Made by a program: the position numbers and the translations under genes
Assembly (NCBI RefSeq): GCF_001194135.2
Contig: NC_068986.1
Location: 34,500,704 to 34,564,703 of the forward strand
Source: Octopus bimaculoides
Taxonomy: Eukaryota
DNA: 64,000 bases
Direction of reading: 5' to 3'
Shown: piece after piece, positions 62,310 through 64,000 of the stretch
How positions within the stretch are numbered: the first letter of the stretch is position 1
Layout: every line of letters starts with the position of its first letter
Notes under the pieces: model-generated
The model's database searches: none
Told to the model about the DNA's origin: nothing
The model's input: only the letters and a program-made list of their open reading frames with translations

Positions 62310-62460
62310 GGAGGCATGTGGCTTAGTGGTTAGGGTGCTACACTCATGATAGTAAGATTGCGGTTTCGATTCCTGGACCAGGCGATGTGTTGTGTTCTTG
62401 ACCAGATTTCATTTCATGCTGTTCTATTTAACTCAGCTAGCAAAAATAAGTAATATGGTG
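62310..62460 (+). mobile_element. tRNA-like SINE head related to family A, degenerate
   Basis: GGAGGCATGTGGCTTAGTGGTTAGGG...GCGGTTTCGATTCCTGGACCAGGCG aligns with 2241-2316. Confidence 0.7.
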
Positions 62461-63129
62461 AAGTTGCAACAGGTCTAGCAAGCCTGTGGTAGATGGTGGA
62501 CCTTCCTAAATAAACAAACAGAAGGGCAGCTTCTAAACTGACACGCTATAGGCCTACCTGGTGTTAGATGTTACCTTTACATAGTCTATAATTGGTGATA
62601 TCAATTAGACATAATTTCTGTTTTCTTACGTCTCTAGCTAAGTGGTTGTTGCTGTTTGTCATTATTAGTATGAATATGAGAGTTTATCATTTTTATTTAT
62701 TTAAGCAATTGGTGCGTGGGTCATATGTATTAGGTCGATTTTCTAGGTCAGCTCTGTAGCTCTGTCTTCATTAAATGTACATGTTTTGTGTGTGTGTGTG
62801 GGTAGATGTGTGGTGCGACATACATTCACACACACATGCATACACATAACTTCCATATGCATACAATGAATCACTGTGATACTTATTCATGAAACAGCCA
62901 TGACTTGAAATACATTTCCCAACATCATGTTTGGAGTCCCCACCTCTTATTAGCTTTGGTGTTTGCCAATAACATCAATGTAGTTTGAGTGGTCTTCATC
63001 CTCTATTAAGGCACAGAAGTCTCAAAGCATAAACATCTCATATAGTCTGTTGTTTGACCCTTTTTCATTCATATCATTCTGTCAAAAGTAAAAGCTTATT
63101 TATTTTGCATTGCTTGGAATTAATCATAC

Positions 63130-63294
63130 CATTGCCACTGGACTGGCTCCCATGAAGGTGGCACGTAAGAAACACCATTTTGAGCATGGCTGTTGCCAGT
63201 ACCGTGTGACTGGCCCTCGTGCCGGTGGCAGGTAAATGCACCCACTACTCTCTCGGAATGGTTGGCATTAGGAAAGGCATCCAGCTGTAGAAAC
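63130..63294 (+). mobile_element. Family D1, 3'-truncated
   Basis: Two GGTGGCA(C/G)GTAA units, then GGTTGGCATTAGGAAAGGCATCCAGCTGTAGAAAC. Confidence 0.85.
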
Positions 63295-63450
63295 ATATAT
63301 ATTTATACATATATTCACACACGCACATTGAAATGTGTGTGTATTTCTGTATGTGTGTGTGTGTGTGTGTAGATATTCATATACCAATATGGTATGTGTA
63401 GACAATATAGTGCTAGTTTTAGACACGGTTAAGTTTGGAATCTGGAATAG

Positions 63451-63505
<55 letters not shown>

Positions 63506-63664
63506 NNNNNNNNNNNNNNNNNNNNNNNNNNNNNNNNNNNNNNNNNNNNNNNNNNNNNNNNNNNNNNNNNNNNNNNNNNNNNNNNNNNNNNNNNNNNNNN
63601 NNNNNNNNNNNNNNNNNNNNNNNNNNNNNNNNNNNNNNNNNNNNNNNNNNNNNNNNNNNNNNNN

Positions 63665-63721
<57 letters not shown>

Positions 63722-63744
63722 ACATACATACACACATGCATACA

Positions 63745-63955
63745 AACCTTGACAGGTTGGCTTCACCTGCTAGAAGTAGTAGCCAAAGTTCCTCTGAACC
63801 CACAACTTACTGTCTTAAAAGATGACAACCTTTTTGATTATGCAGTCCTGGATGTACTGTGTCGAAATATTACAGATGGCACAGTCATGGTTGGAAGACC
63901 ATCAATCAAAGATCTGCTCGATTAGGACTCACCTGGGGCTAAACGATGAAAATAT
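63745..63955 (-). mobile_element. Family G, most complete copy
   Basis: CTGCTAGAAGTAGTAGCCAAA and GATCTGCTCGATTAGGACTCACCTGGGGCTAAAC are the reverse complements of the G tail and head segments seen elsewhere. Confidence 0.6.
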
Positions 63956-64000
63956 GAAACAAGTAAGCACACATTCAATTTGAAAAGACTGCGAGAGATT

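Overview
AT-rich, microsatellite-dense eukaryotic DNA with 16 N-gaps (about 5.1 kb in total). There is no intact protein-coding ORF, true tRNA/rRNA gene or CRISPR array, and the long ORFs in the track come from gaps or microsatellites. The repeat content looks like an octopus (cephalopod) draft genome, probably intronic or intergenic; this is an inference from my recollection of octopus SINEs. I labelled the dispersed repeats by their own sequence. Family A: tRNA-Arg-like head and (AAC)n tail. Family B: tRNA-like head, GGCACCTTGGGCAAGTG core and central microsatellite. Family C: GGCGGTGAGCTGGCAGAA head with a CCTTTCATCCTTTCGGGGTCGAT core. Family D: GGCACGTAAAA tandem units, GGAAGGGCATCCAGCTGTAG and a (GAT)n tail. 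Also present are TTAA-flanked piggyBac-like MITEs, mariner, maT-like and hAT transposase remnants, and a Dong/R4-like LINE 3' end. The most notable signal is a 320-bp fold-back at 9461-9780 whose left arm carries a complete minimal type I hammerhead ribozyme core on the minus strand, of the kind associated with Penelope-like elements. Other highlights are an 850-bp mariner derivative built from two 5' ends (60479-61328), a stem-loop module shared by SINE families B and C, a possible recursive splice site, and several weak candidate micro-exons. Repeat boundaries were placed by eye and are approximate (about +/-10 bp).
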